A DNA stretch of 64,000 nt from Elsinoe ampelina (Eukaryota), in the NCBI GenBank assembly GCA_010093995.1, contig ML992511.1, forward strand, positions 109,917 through 173,916, in the 5' to 3' direction. Below the pieces are notes generated by a model that worked only from the letters and a program-made list of their open reading frames with translations, was not told the DNA's origin and searched no databases. The position numbers were made by a program, and so were the translations under genes. Shown piece by piece: positions 24,618 to 36,613 of the stretch; position 1 is the first letter of the stretch, and each line of letters starts with the position of its first letter.

Positions 24618-25139
24618 CGTGGGTCACGCTGGGGTATAGAAATATCGCTGATTCAGAGCTCAAGATCATGCATAATGACCGATGCAGTATGTCGGCCGAG
24701 GTCGCTACTCTAGTCGCGGTGAATGCAGGTGAGGTCTGTCTACAGGCTGTAGTCCAGAGGTTAGTGAATACTTCGGGTTGTGTAGTGGCTGAGTAGAACT
24801 GTCATGCAGCTCAACGCCACAGCTGGCAAGCAGCGACAGTAGAGATATGTCACAAATGATTACCGCGGGCTTCTTCGAGCTTCCGTCATCATCAATCGGC
24901 ATTAATCTTCCTAGCCGCAGAGCCGCACTAATCAGCCCAAGGGCCCCCAAATTAGCATGGCTCAGGCTCAGGGTCCTGCCCGCTGTCTCACCCGTCTCGC
25001 TTGGCTCGCTTGTTGTCTCGCCTGGCCTGCGACATCTCACTCTTGCGCGTGACACTGATGCACCTTGCTTCATTGAAACCACTGGCAATGCTTGCACCAA
25101 CCGTTGCCATGAATATCTGGTAGTGCCTCATGCTTGATC

Positions 25140-26510
25140 ATGGACCAGGACACCAAAGACAATACACTGGCGACGGCGACGAGAATGTCTGGGCAGTATG
25201 AGCAACTCAATACCTCGGAAACTGTCCAGTATCGAGTCTACAAACGACGCTTTTTCGGTCTGGTTCAATTAGTTCTGCTCAACATCGTGGTATCCTGGAG
25301 TTGGCTCACTTTCTCGGCGGTATCGACGACTTCTGCGGTATTCTTCAATGTCTCTGCCTCGGCCATCAATTGGCTGTCGACTGGATTTCTGTTCGCCTTC
25401 GTTATCGCATCTCCCGCGACGCTGTACGCTTTAAACAAGTACTCGCCCAAGGTCTCGCTGGTCATTGCTTCCATTCTAGTCCTCGTTGGTAATTGGCTGC
25501 GCTATGCTGGCTCTCGCGCAAGTCCTCATGGCAATTTTCCTCTGGTGGTATTTTCACAGGTCATTATCGGCTTATCGCAACCCTTTGTCCTCGCCTCACC
25601 GACACGATACTCGGACGCCTGGTTCTCCAGCTCGGGTCGCGTCTCTGCGACTGCAGTCGCTTCCCTTGCTAATCCTCTAGGAGGAGCGCTTGGTCAGCTG
25701 ATCGGCCCGATGCTGGTAGGTACTGACCCCGGATCTATCCCGAATCTTGTGCTATATATATCGATCATTTCGACCGTCGCAGCAGTCCCAGCATTCTTCT
25801 TACCGTCATTGCCTCCTACACCACCGTCACCGTCTACGTCCTCACGGCAACCACTACCACTCCGAGACGCGTTGCGACTGCTCCTGACCAACAGGGATTT
25901 CTATCTTCTCTCGACTCCCTTTGCGGTTTACGTCGGCTTCTTCAATGCTGCGTCATCCCTCATCAATCAGTTCCTCGAACCATACGCGTTCAGTGAGGAC
26001 GAAGCTGGTATAGCTGGCGCTCTGCTCATTGGCGTCGGTCTGGTAGTTTCAGCAATTGTCTCGCCTGTGATTGACCGGACAAAGGCGTACCTGGTCACGC
26101 TGAAAACTCTGGTACCTCTCATAGCGATCGCTTATCTTATCCTTGTCTTTGCTCCTGGTACGAGAAGCCTAGCTGCTGTTTGTGTCACCATGGCACTGGT
26201 CGGCGGTGCAAGTTTCAGTCTCCTTCCTTGCGCTCTGGAATACCTCGTTGAGATCACTTGGCCTGTGAGTCCGGAGGTGAGCTCTGTCACAAGTTGGACG
26301 GCCGGTCAATTGCTTGGCGGAGTATTCATCATTATTATGGACCATCTGAGAGATGGATGGGCGGGTGAACCAGCGGGTACATTGAAGAGGGCTCTTGTGT
26401 TCCAGGCTGTCATCTGCTGGGTCGTCCTACCTTTGCCGATGCTGCTAGGTATTGGTAAAAAGGCAAGGGAAAGAGGCGCAGGAGCAAGAGATGGTATCAT
26501 TCAAGGCTGA
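25140..26510 (+). CDS. MFS transporter, FLVCR/SLC49-like
   Basis: YRVYKRRFFGLVQLVLLN, LVGNWLRYAG, QPFVLASPTRYSDAWF, SLANPLGGALGQL and ALEYLVEITWPVSPE, with about 12 hydrophobic segments. Confidence 0.88.
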   Translation: MDQDTKDNTLATATRMSGQYEQLNTSETVQYRVYKRRFFGLVQLVLLNIVVSWSWLTFSAVSTTSAVFFNVSASAINWLSTGFLFAFVIASPATLYALNKYSPKVSLVIASILVLVGNWLRYAGSRASPHGNFPLVVFSQVIIGLSQPFVLASPTRYSDAWFSSSGRVSATAVASLANPLGGALGQLIGPMLVGTDPGSIPNLVLYISIISTVAAVPAFFLPSLPPTPPSPSTSSRQPLPLRDALRLLLTNRDFYLLSTPFAVYVGFFNAASSLINQFLEPYAFSEDEAGIAGALLIGVGLVVSAIVSPVIDRTKAYLVTLKTLVPLIAIAYLILVFAPGTRSLAAVCVTMALVGGASFSLLPCALEYLVEITWPVSPEVSSVTSWTAGQLLGGVFIIIMDHLRDGWAGEPAGTLKRALVFQAVICWVVLPLPMLLGIGKKARERGAGARDGIIQG

Positions 26511-26708
26511 ATTTGCTCTGTAGGGACTCTCGCACGGCCTCGTAAATTTTGTGGATATTATGCACAAATTGATGATTCACGATCGAAGCCTGATGGCAGT
26601 TCTTGCACATGTGCGTGCTTTGCGGAGAAATTGTGGCTGTCTTTCTCCTTCCCTGTGAAAACCCACCACAACTCAGGCTGTCTGCATCTGACCATATTGT
26701 TTTCCACC

Positions 26709-28409
26709 ATGACCTCAATGCCATCGCATTCTAAAGCTGAAGGGGCCGCGGCTCCACGCGGGCGGAGGTTCTCTACTTCCAAAGAGCCCACTGATAATGG
26801 TGAGTAACCATTCCCTTGGCGCCTAGCCACCGGTCCGCAGATCGTTCCAATTCGTACTGACCAGGACGGCAGAGCTCAATTCGACCATTCATCTGCAGTT
26901 CCGCTCAGCTCATGAAGGTCACAAGCCACAGTAAGCGACAGGCTCTTGAGACAGGGTCGTGAGCTGTTGTCTGACAACCCCAAAGTGCTGGTCTTGACCC
27001 CTCTCGAGCTTCGACCGGAGTCGTCTGGACTACGGAGCGGGCGTACGAACATGGCTTTGCTGATGAGCCCGAGCTATGGGCCAATCTAGGTCAAGGAGCA
27101 CCTGAGGTCGACGACGATATCGAGGGTTCTTTCCCCAGGCCGAAAACCATTGATATTTCCATGACTGGGCGCGAATATGTAGGTGCTTTTATGGGTCTTA
27201 TCGGAAATGGACCATCTTATTCTCTCTAGGGTCCTACTGCCGGGATCAAGCCTCTGAGATCCGCAATTGCTCATCTGTACAATGAACATCATCGTCAAGG
27301 GAAGGCCAGCAAATACACCGCCAAGAACGTTTGTGTGGTACCAGGCGGAAGGGCGGGATTGATCAGAATCGCTGCAGTCTTGGGTAATGCCTATCTTGGA
27401 TTCTTCATTCCAGATTACACGGCCTACAATGAGATGTTGAGCCTCTTCAAGAATGTAAGTATAGCAATTCCCGTGCCTGATAGCATTTGGAGTCATGATA
27501 AATCGAGTGTTTTGGACTAAAATTTACCAGTTCGCGGCAATCCCTATCCCGCTCTCTAGGGAAGACAATTACCACATCCATCCCGAGAAGATCAAAGATG
27601 AGATTGCTCGAGGAACGTCCGTGATACTGACATCCAACCCGAGAAACCCGACAGGCATGGTAGTCCAAGGTGATGAGCTTGCTCAGATTCAGGAGATATG
27701 CCGAGATCGAGCAACACTAATCGCCGACGAGTTCTACGGAGGATACAATTACTCATCGGACTGTGATGGCACGGTAATCTCTGCTGCGGACAATGTCGTG
27801 GATGTGAACAAGGACGATGTGCTAATCATTGACGGACTGACGAAGCGGTTTCGTCTACCAGGTTGGCGTGTGGCATGGATCGTGGGACCAGAGGAGTTCA
27901 TCAAAGCAATCGGATCCTGTGGATCGTATCTCGACGGAGGTACAAACGTGCCGTTCCAGGAGGCAGCTGTCGCCATGCTAGAGCCAACCAAGGTCCGTAA
28001 CGAGATGCGAGCGTTGCAGCGACACTTCAAGGACAAGCGGGACTACGTGTTGGGACGTCTCAGAGCCATGGGTTTCAAGATTCCTACACCTAACTCGACA
28101 TTCTACCTGTGGCTGGACCTTTCAGGACTTCCAGAAGGCATCAACGATGGCTTGAACTTCTTTGCTGCTCTGCTCAAGGAGAAAGCGATTGTGGTTCCTG
28201 GCATTTTCTTCGATCTGAACCCATCACGAAGAAGAGACTTGTTCGATAGTCCTTGCCATCACTTTGTCAGGCTGAGTTATGGACCGAAGATGGATGTACT
28301 TGCAAAGGGGTTGGATGCGATTGAGCGAGTGATCAAGAGTCATTCGGGCGTGGCAGTCGACGAGGGTAAGCCTGGAGCACACTCTGGCGGACAGGGACAG
28401 CACCCATAA
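26709..28409 (+). CDS. Class I/II PLP-dependent aminotransferase (aspartate aminotransferase-like), multi-exon
   Basis: Reconstructed MTSMPSH...WANLGQGAPE...EY|GPTAGIKPLR...VVPGGRAGL, followed by SNPRNPTG, DEFY, the PLP-lysine motif DGLTKRFRLPGWRVAW, and FVRLSYG. Confidence 0.9.
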
Positions 28410-28647
28410 CGGGACACTATCACACTCTTTCCATACACCGTACCTGCTAAACGTGTGGCAATGACTTCTATCACTATCCTGCGAATGTACTAAGATTGAT
28501 GCATCATAGACTCGAGTCAGTTAATCACGTGATCTGATCGTTTTGAGAGTCAGTCAGGCTTAGCCTGGCCGTCTGTGACATCGCCTCGCATGCGTACCTT
28601 GACACTATCACCACACATTGCCAAAGAACGACCCACACTCGCCCAAC

Positions 28648-31509
28648 ATGGCTGCAAGCAAGGATACTCTCTTCCGCTCGGTGGAGATGTCCCTGGTGCA
28701 GCTGTATATGTCAAACGAAATAGGTCGAGAAGTCGTTAGCAGCTTGGGAGAGCTCGGCATCATGGACTTCAGAGATGTACGTATGACATTCTGAGCTTGT
28801 GTTCCATGGTTTTGTGTCTTTCGAAGAGTGGCGAAAGAGCGCGTTCAATCTTGATACCTCTTCGGAACGGCATCCAGTGGTGTGACGTTCTCTTTGGCAG
28901 TCGAAGGGAGGCGAGAAACAAGCCAGGCTGACGCCCTCTATAGCTCAACTCGGAGACGAATGCCTTCCAGCGCACTTTCACTCAGGAGATTCGACGTCTC
29001 GATAATGTTGAAAGGCAGTTGAGATACTTCCAGTCGCAATGCGACAAGTCCTCAGTCCACATGCGCCCGATGTGGGAATTTGCCAACAACATGTCCGCCC
29101 CAACCGCCCCCGAAATCGACGAGCTTGCTGAACGCAGCGAAAGTCTCGAGCAGAGGATCAAGTCTCTCAACGACAGCTACGAGACTCTGAAGAAGCGGGA
29201 GATGGAATTGACAGAATGGAGATGGGTGTTGAGAGAGGCTGGCGGCTTCTTTGACAGGGTATGGCATCTCCCATGGCAAACAGAAGAAGTTATACTGAGA
29301 TGATACAGGCTCGTGGCCAGACTGAGGAAATCAGACAGTCCATCGAAGAGGACGATGCACCTCTGCTGCGTGACATGGAACAGGCTGGACAGAATGGCGA
29401 CGCTTCCGGCGACCGAGCTTTCTCGGTCATGAACATTGGTTTTGTGGCTGGTGTCATTCCTCGCGAACGTGTTGCTGCATTCGAGCGGATCTTGTGGCGA
29501 ACTCTTCGTGGCAACTTGTACATGAATCAGTCCGAGATTCCAGACAAGATCATCAACCCTGAGACCAACGAGGAGACGTCCAAGAATGTCTTTGTGATTT
29601 TCGCCCATGGCAAGGAGATTATCAACAAGATCAGGAAGATATCCGAGTCGCTCGGTGCAGATATCTACAACGTTGACGAGGACTCCGGACTGCGTAGGGA
29701 GCAGATGCAGGAGGTCAACACCCGACTTGGAGATCTCAACAACGTTCTCAGTAACACCAAGCGCACTCTTGATGCAGAGCTTGCTCAGATCGGTCGCAGC
29801 CTCACTGGATGGATGATCGTCATCAAGAAGGAGAAGGCGACATTCCAGACTCTCAACCGCTTCGTTTATGACCAAGCTAGGAAGACACTCATTGCTGAGG
29901 CATGGTGCCCGACCAACTCTCTTCAGCAAGTCAAGGCTACCCTGCAGGATGTCAATGAGCGTGCTGGACTCTCCATTCCCACCATCGTCAACACCATCAA
30001 AACGAACAAGACGCCACCGACTTACAACAGGACCAACAAATTCACCTTGGCTTTCCAGACTATCATCGATGCTTACGGGACAGCAAAGTACCAGGAAGTC
30101 AACCCTGGTCTTCCCACCATCGTCACTTTCCCGTTCCTCTTCGCTGTCATGTTCGGAGATTTTGGTCATGGTATCATCATGACCCTCGCTGCCTCGGCCA
30201 TGATCTACTTCGAGAAGCCCCTCCAGCGTGGCAAACAAGACGAACTCTTTGGCATGGCCTTCTACGGGCGCTACATTATGCTCATGATGGGTATTTACTC
30301 GATGTACACCGGTCTCATCTACAACGACATGTTCTCCAAGGAAATCCCACTTTTCAAGTCTATGTGGGTCATTGAAAGGGAGTTCAAGGCCAACGAGACT
30401 GTACCATTCGCTCGCAGAGACGGATACACCTATCCCTTCGGTATTGACTGGCGCTGGCACGACACGGACAACGAATTGCTCTTCTCCAACTCTCTCAAGA
30501 TGAAGCTTTCTATCATTCTTGGTTGGGCACACATGACATACTCTCTCTGCTTGTCGTATGTGAACGCACGTCACTTCAAATCACCCATCGACATTTTCGG
30601 AAACTTCATTCCCGGCATGATTTTCTTCCAGAGCATTTTCGGGTACTTGGTGGTCTGTATCATATACAAATGGTCCGTCGATTGGCTTGGAACAGGACGA
30701 CAGCCTCCTTCCTTACTCAATATGCTTATTAACATGTTCCTGAAGCCCGGAACTATCGAGGAAGAGTTGTATCCTGGTCAGGGGGGTCTTCAGGTGGTTT
30801 TGGTGCTCTTGGCACTGGTATGCGTACCGATCATGCTTTTCCTCAAACCACTCTATTTGAGACGCGAACACAACAAAGCCAGGGCTATGGGCTACCGTGG
30901 CATCGGTGAGACAACTCACGTCTCTGCCCTCGACGACGATGAAGACGAGCATGACCACTCAGGGCAAATGAACGGTGGCGGACGCCAGAGCTTCGCGCAC
31001 AGCGACGATGGTGACGCACTGATCACACAGGATATCGGGCACGGTGAAGAGCACGAGGAATTTGAGTTCAGCGAGGTCATGATCGAACAAACCATTCACA
31101 CCATCGGTAAGTTGAGGTTGAAGTGATTGCCTACTTGGGACATGGTATACTAAGTCTTGGCACAGAATTTTGCTTGAACTGCATTTCTCACACAGCATCC
31201 TATCTTCGTCTCTGGGCTCTGTCATTGGCTCATCAACAGCTCTCTATCGTCCTCTGGTCTATGACCATCGATAATGCCGTGTCCTTTACCGGCGGTGTCG
31301 GTATCGTCGCCACCGTCGTGTTCACCACGATGTGGTTCGTCCTGACACTTGCGGTCCTGGTCGTCATGGAGGGAACGAGTGCTATGTTGCACAGTCTGAG
31401 GTTGCACTGGGTCGAGGCGATGAGCAAGCACTTCGTCGGCGAGGGCATCGCTTTTGTGCCGTTCTCATTCGAGCAAATGCTGGAGGAAGAGTTGACAGAG
31501 CTGAAGTAG
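28648..31509 (+). CDS. VPH1: V-type H+-ATPase V0 subunit a
   Basis: [54 protein letters not shown], the essential-Arg motif [16 protein letters not shown] and [10 protein letters not shown]. Three introns. Confidence 0.96.
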
Positions 31510-31860
31510 CGTCGTAACATAGGTAATCCTGTATAGATAAATTGTGCAATACGCTGAACAGAAGATAGTTCTCTGATAAGGCAACTCCGAAATCCTGACG
31601 CACGTGAACTTGGGCATGAGTAATCCGCCCCATGTCAACACTCGAGACCTTGCCCTGCACTTCGCGTTGGTAAGCTGACCTTCGATACCCTTCAGCCCTC
31701 ACTCCACCCTGCGCAGATCTCTGTTGACCACAATAGACCCTGATTGTGCCCACAACTAGTAAGTACAAGACCTCGGGTCCCAACCCCGAATCAAACCTCA
31801 TTACGAGCTGTAGTCTCTCTTGCTGCTTCTCTACAACATCACAACGAATCCCCCACCAGC

Positions 31861-32607
31861 ATGACCATCCTCATCACCGGCTCCACCGGCAGCCTCGGCA
31901 GCACCCTCATCGACCTCCTGCGCAGCCCCAGTCACCCCTTCTTCGCAGCAACCAGACGCCCTCCCCCACCCCGGCCCTCGCCTCTCACCCGACCGTCCAC
32001 CTCGACTAGTACGACGAAGCCACCTGGACTGCCCTTTTCTCCCCTCTTCACCATCCATCGCATCCATGTTCCTCCTCGCCGTCCCAGCACCACCCCTCAA
32101 GTCCGCAAGTTCGCCACCCTCTGCGCCTTTAAAGGCGTGAAGCGCATGGTCTTCATGGCCGGTGCATCAGCCGTCAAGCGGCAAGGGATATGGGCTCAGT
32201 TAGATTAGCTGAGGGAGTAGCATGGGATTGCGTACTCGTTGGTGAGTCCGTGTCGGATTAACGAGAATCTGTTGACGGAAAGGTAGGTGGCAGAGATCAA
32301 GCAGGGGGTGATCAGGAATGGGTTGGGAGGTGGCCGGGGGTATGTGCTGACCGACGTAGATTGCGAAGACATTCACGAGGGTGCTGGGAGGAAGGCGGAG
32401 CATTTCCATCTGAGCATGGAGGAGAGTGAAGTATCTGAAGGGGCTTGGGTATCCAGAGAATCTGCACAGCTTGTGGCTCGGATAGAAGCGTGTAGTGCGG
32501 CAGGCAAGCTTGAGCAGGTCTCGTACGAAGATATCGAGGAGAGGATTGGGAGACCTATGGTGAGATTCGAGGACTGGGTTGAGGAGCACAAAGGGATCTG
32601 GCGATGA
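31861..32607 (+). pseudogene. NmrA-like / atypical SDR (EasG-like) NAD(P)-binding protein, disrupted
   Basis: Rossmann start MTILITGSTGSLGS, then LD*YDEATW, KGVKRMVFM and a C-terminal GRPMVRFEDWVEEHKGIW. Contains frameshifts and TAG stops at 32007, 32206, 32218 and 32284. Confidence 0.72.
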
Positions 32608-33063
32608 GAGTGACCGAGTCCTGTGCTTCGTGAGATCCTTCTGAGTGATCATAGCAGACTGACTCCAAGTACAATGAATGAGTCAAGATCTCTCAATGGA
32701 TCATCTCGCATCGGATTCTCCATGTCTGACGGTTCAAAGCCAGACTCCGATAAATCACAATCAGCACCACGAAGCTAAATGCCACAACAATTGGCGCAGC
32801 ATTTGTGGCCACCAGATGCCTGAATAAGCCACCCAAGCTGCCGGTCACCGATGCCAGCAAGCAGATCAAGCAGATCCACCAGACATAGGACTCGACCTAC
32901 TTCAAGAGGTACAGCAAGGCCTTCTAATAAGCTATTGCCCAGAAGAAGCCACAAGAAATTCCCCCAGACGAACGACAAGACATCGCCACAGGAATCCTCG
33001 ACTCAGCAGGAAGGTATACCAAATCAGGCAAGTGTAAACTCCATCACATTCTTCAATCACAAA

Positions 33064-35109
33064 TCATATCTCAATCCACCTTCCCATCCACTCCTGCACA
33101 ATCTGCTTCGCCTCATCCACCAACCCCTCCTCCAACAGCAACTGCACCGTCCCCCTGACCGCCGAGTCCAACGCCGAGAAAATCCACGCATGCGTGTAAC
33201 TCGTGTGCTCCCCGATGAAAATCGTCTTGAACTCCGTCTGGTAGTACGCAGGCAGGTACAAATCCTGCTGGCCCGCGTTCGGACTCGCCCACGCACCGGC
33301 CTGATGCTCGTCCGTCTCCTAGCACTGCCTGTCGTAGTTGCCCGTGAACTGCTCCGCGGCGACGGGGCCATGCGCCTCGACGATAGCGCGCTGCACGAGG
33401 GCGACGTGATCTGCCTCGCTGAGAGCGGCGAAGGAGCGGGCGGCGGTGCCGGAGGCGTAGGAGCCGAGGATCACGCCGGGCCCGGACGAGTTGATGGCGT
33501 AGGAAGGGTAGCAGATGTTGCCTAGGCCCGGGATGTCGGTGGAGCCGCATCCGCCGAGGATGGGAGGGGAGAGCTTCTCCCAGAAACGGGTCTGGTAGTG
33601 GAGCGCGACTTTGCACGAGGGGGAGTAGTTCATGGTTGAGATGGCGCGGGAGAGGGCCGAGGAGTAGCGTGGAGTGCGCCATAGGCGGACTTTGGTGAAG
33701 GGGGCGGCGACGATGGCGTAGTCGTACTCTTCGCTCTCGGGCGTTTGTTGGAAAGGGTCATTGCGCCAATTGATGGCGATCTTGCTGGTAGTACTATTGC
33801 TGGTAGTACTCGAGTATGTCAGACCTTCAATTTTGCGCCCGTAGGTGACCCTGTCACGAAGCATGGGTACAAAGGCCCGTGGAAGCATCTCAATGCCTTT
33901 GTCGATGGTTCGCCAGGCAGTGGCAGAAAAGTAGACGCTGTCGTACCAATCGCCCCACTGGTCACCGTTGCCTGTTCCGGCAACAAAATCCGTGACGTTC
34001 GCGCTCTGGTTGAGCTCGTAGCGGACGTATGCTGCCTCGGAGAATGCAAAGAGACCACGAGCGATGGCGTCCTTGTGGGCTTTGTACATGTTCTGGGCAA
34101 TACTGGCTATACGCTCGCGGGTGAGACCAATGAAGGAGCTAACACTACTAGAAGCAGCACTGACGGCTGCAGCATCGGGAGGAGGCTGCGCAGGTACTGA
34201 AAGTGATGGGTTCGCCCTGACCTGAGCAGCACTCGGTATCTGGCCGTTTGGTAATCGCCCTTCTCGAGAATTGGTAGGTGCATTCGCATTACTCTGGATC
34301 CAAGGAATGAACGATACTGCCAGATCCGTGCGATTGCCATTCATTCTATTTAGAGTGTCGGCGAGCTGAAACACCATCTTGTGATCCTGTATCTCAAGTG
34401 TCTCATTGGTGTTGGCGTAGCGTATTGATACTGGGAACCGCATCGGCCCCATCTCCTGATACTGGTAGTCCTCTGGCTTGGAGTTGGCCAGATACTTGGT
34501 GCGGACACGACCTCCTACACGTTGCGATGATTCAGTGATGTGCCAGTTTGTCATACCCACTGAGTCCAGCAGGAGCCCCGTCATCAAGCCAGACATGCCT
34601 CCTCCGATGATGGCAATACGTTTGGCCTTCGCCTCCGAAACGACCGTCGGCGCGTTGGTCTTGTTCTGCATGAATGCGACGCCTTCGAACCATGGTCCTT
34701 CATAGTCGGCGACATCCGCTATGCTTTGACGTCTCTGTAGTCGCTTGGCGACCTCTATAGGCTGAGATCTGCCAATCAAGATCGACCCATGGTAGGCATG
34801 TAGGCAGCCGTTGTGTCGCGCATCTTCCGGGACGATCCAGACGAACCGGTCGGGTTTGCTCTCTCGGCGGAAGAAAGTAGTACCAATGTCGTGATGGCGC
34901 TCGTGGGGAGCCCGGATGTCGCAATCGCCGTGGACCAACCGGATCTCTCCCTCGAAATTTGAATCGAAGAAATCCACGTGGATGTTGTGGAGAGAACCAG
35001 CATTGACTTTTGACGGTTGCTTAAATCGTATTCTCTCTGTATCGATTCGTGGAGTCGCCAAAGCACTCTTCAAGATCAAAACTACCAGGGGTAGGGACAG
35101 TGCCTTCAT
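33064..35109 (-). CDS. Secreted flavin amine oxidase / L-amino-acid oxidase-like gene interrupted by a single in-frame TAG at 33319-33321
   Basis: Signal peptide, dibasic KRLQRR, FAD motif IAIIGGGMSG, RVGGRVRT, EMGPMRFP and KVALHYQTRFWE. After the stop the same frame continues ETDEHQAGAWA...IFIGEHTSYTHAWIFSALDSAVRG...WIEI*. Confidence 0.88.
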
Positions 35110-35922
35110 GGTGGCTAATTGATGCAGAAGCGGCTCAATGTAGGATCTGTAGGAAACATGCTTGCGGACCTACCTTATACTCACGCAGTATAGATGCACA
35201 GGATAGTGAGGACCGAGATCGCCCAAGGTCGAGAATTGAATTGGGTAATTCTTAGACGGTTATGATAAGAGAGGGAAGGTCATGTACCACATAGGCACCG
35301 GAGCGTTATCTTTGACTTCCTGGAGGCGAAAGAGAAGCATGCAATGTGGTTGACCAAGTCCCAACAGGCATCTTAGTAAAGCTTCCGATTATTTCCAATT
35401 GGTTGTCTGAACGCTGGTGCAGCGCTGTTCCGGGAACGAGCTGATGCGGTCGGACACATCACGGCCCTAAAATCTCATGCCAAGAAGCGGTCGCCGCCAT
35501 GCAGCTAATGCTACCCTGATCAGGCAGGCCGGAGTATCGCTGTGAGATCTGCGGTCCTGGGGTTTCTCGACAGTACAAGGCCGGTCGTGGAGAACGGACG
35601 ATAAGAATGAAGATCTTTCGGTACAGTCATCAATGGATCGGGCATGGTTGCTCCGCTTAAAGGCTTGATAGTAGAATGTGCGGAGGCGGCTCAACGATGC
35701 TATAGGAATGGCAGGTCGCCCAGTGAGAGAATCAGCCGTTGGTTTCCGCTTCATTTGTTCCGCTTCATTTGTGGTAGGATTTTGGGTGAAAAGACAGTGA
35801 GGCGAGAGCGGTGTTCGGAAGGCGGACGGCCTTGGCACCGTGTTTTGCCGAGGTCCGTTATTGCAGGTCGAGTGCCAGACTGCCGAGTGTCAATCACGAC
35901 AGCGTAACATGCAGCGGTGACA

Positions 35923-36450
35923 ATGAGTAAGGGCCAGTCTACTTCCAAGCGGCTTATACACGAGATACAGTCCTATGGTCAGGAACCTAGCGAGGCTCTC
36001 ATCGACTTAGGCCCCGTTCACGACGATGACTTATTCCACTGGTCGGCGGTGATGAGGGGGGTGGAGGGAACAGCGTACGAAGGTCTGCTACTTCAAGCTA
36101 GTCCTGAGACACACAAGCTGACTAGTACTACAGATGGTTTATGGAAGCTGGACATCCAGATCCCAGATAATTACCCGCTTGCGCCACCCAAGGTCAAATT
36201 CGTCACACCCATCTGCCACCCAAACGTTCACTTCAAGACAGGAGAGATCTGTCTGGACCTCCTGAAGACGTCTTGGTCGCCAGCTTACACCATCGCTTCG
36301 ACCATGAATGCGATCCAGCAACTGCTTACTTCAGCGGAACCGGACTCGCCACTGAATGTAGATATCGCTCAGTTATTCCGTCAAGGGGACGAGGTCGGCT
36401 CTCAGTCGCTGATCAGATTCTATACCAGCTTGTACCGATATAGTGAATAG
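35923..36450 (+). CDS. Ubiquitin-conjugating enzyme E2, Pex4-like
   Basis: KRLIHEI, YPLAPPKVKFVTPICHPNV, catalytic GEICLDLLK, WSPA and EPDSPLN. Intron 36083-36133. The Pex4 assignment is by resemblance only. Confidence 0.9.
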   Translation: MSKGQSTSKRLIHEIQSYGQEPSEALIDLGPVHDDDLFHWSAVMRGVEGTAYEGLLLQASPETHKLTSTTDGLWKLDIQIPDNYPLAPPKVKFVTPICHPNVHFKTGEICLDLLKTSWSPAYTIASTMNAIQQLLTSAEPDSPLNVDIAQLFRQGDEVGSQSLIRFYTSLYRYSE

Positions 36451-36613
36451 TTTGCTTCTTGTACATATTAGCATTGCCTGCGAGGCGTTCAGGAGGAATA
36501 ATTCATGTGTAATATTTTACATTCAAACATAAGTAGAGAAGCTCCATGCTAATGCCACAGTCATGAGCGCTATCCTTGGCCCACAAAACGCCATCGCCGG
36601 ATCATACCTCCGT

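Noticed and set aside
31861..35109. Ergot-alkaloid or other secondary-metabolite cluster suggested by the EasG-like gene and the oxidase
   Set aside because: There is no DMATS, NRPS or PKS gene, the flanks are housekeeping genes, and the EasG-like gene is a pseudogene.
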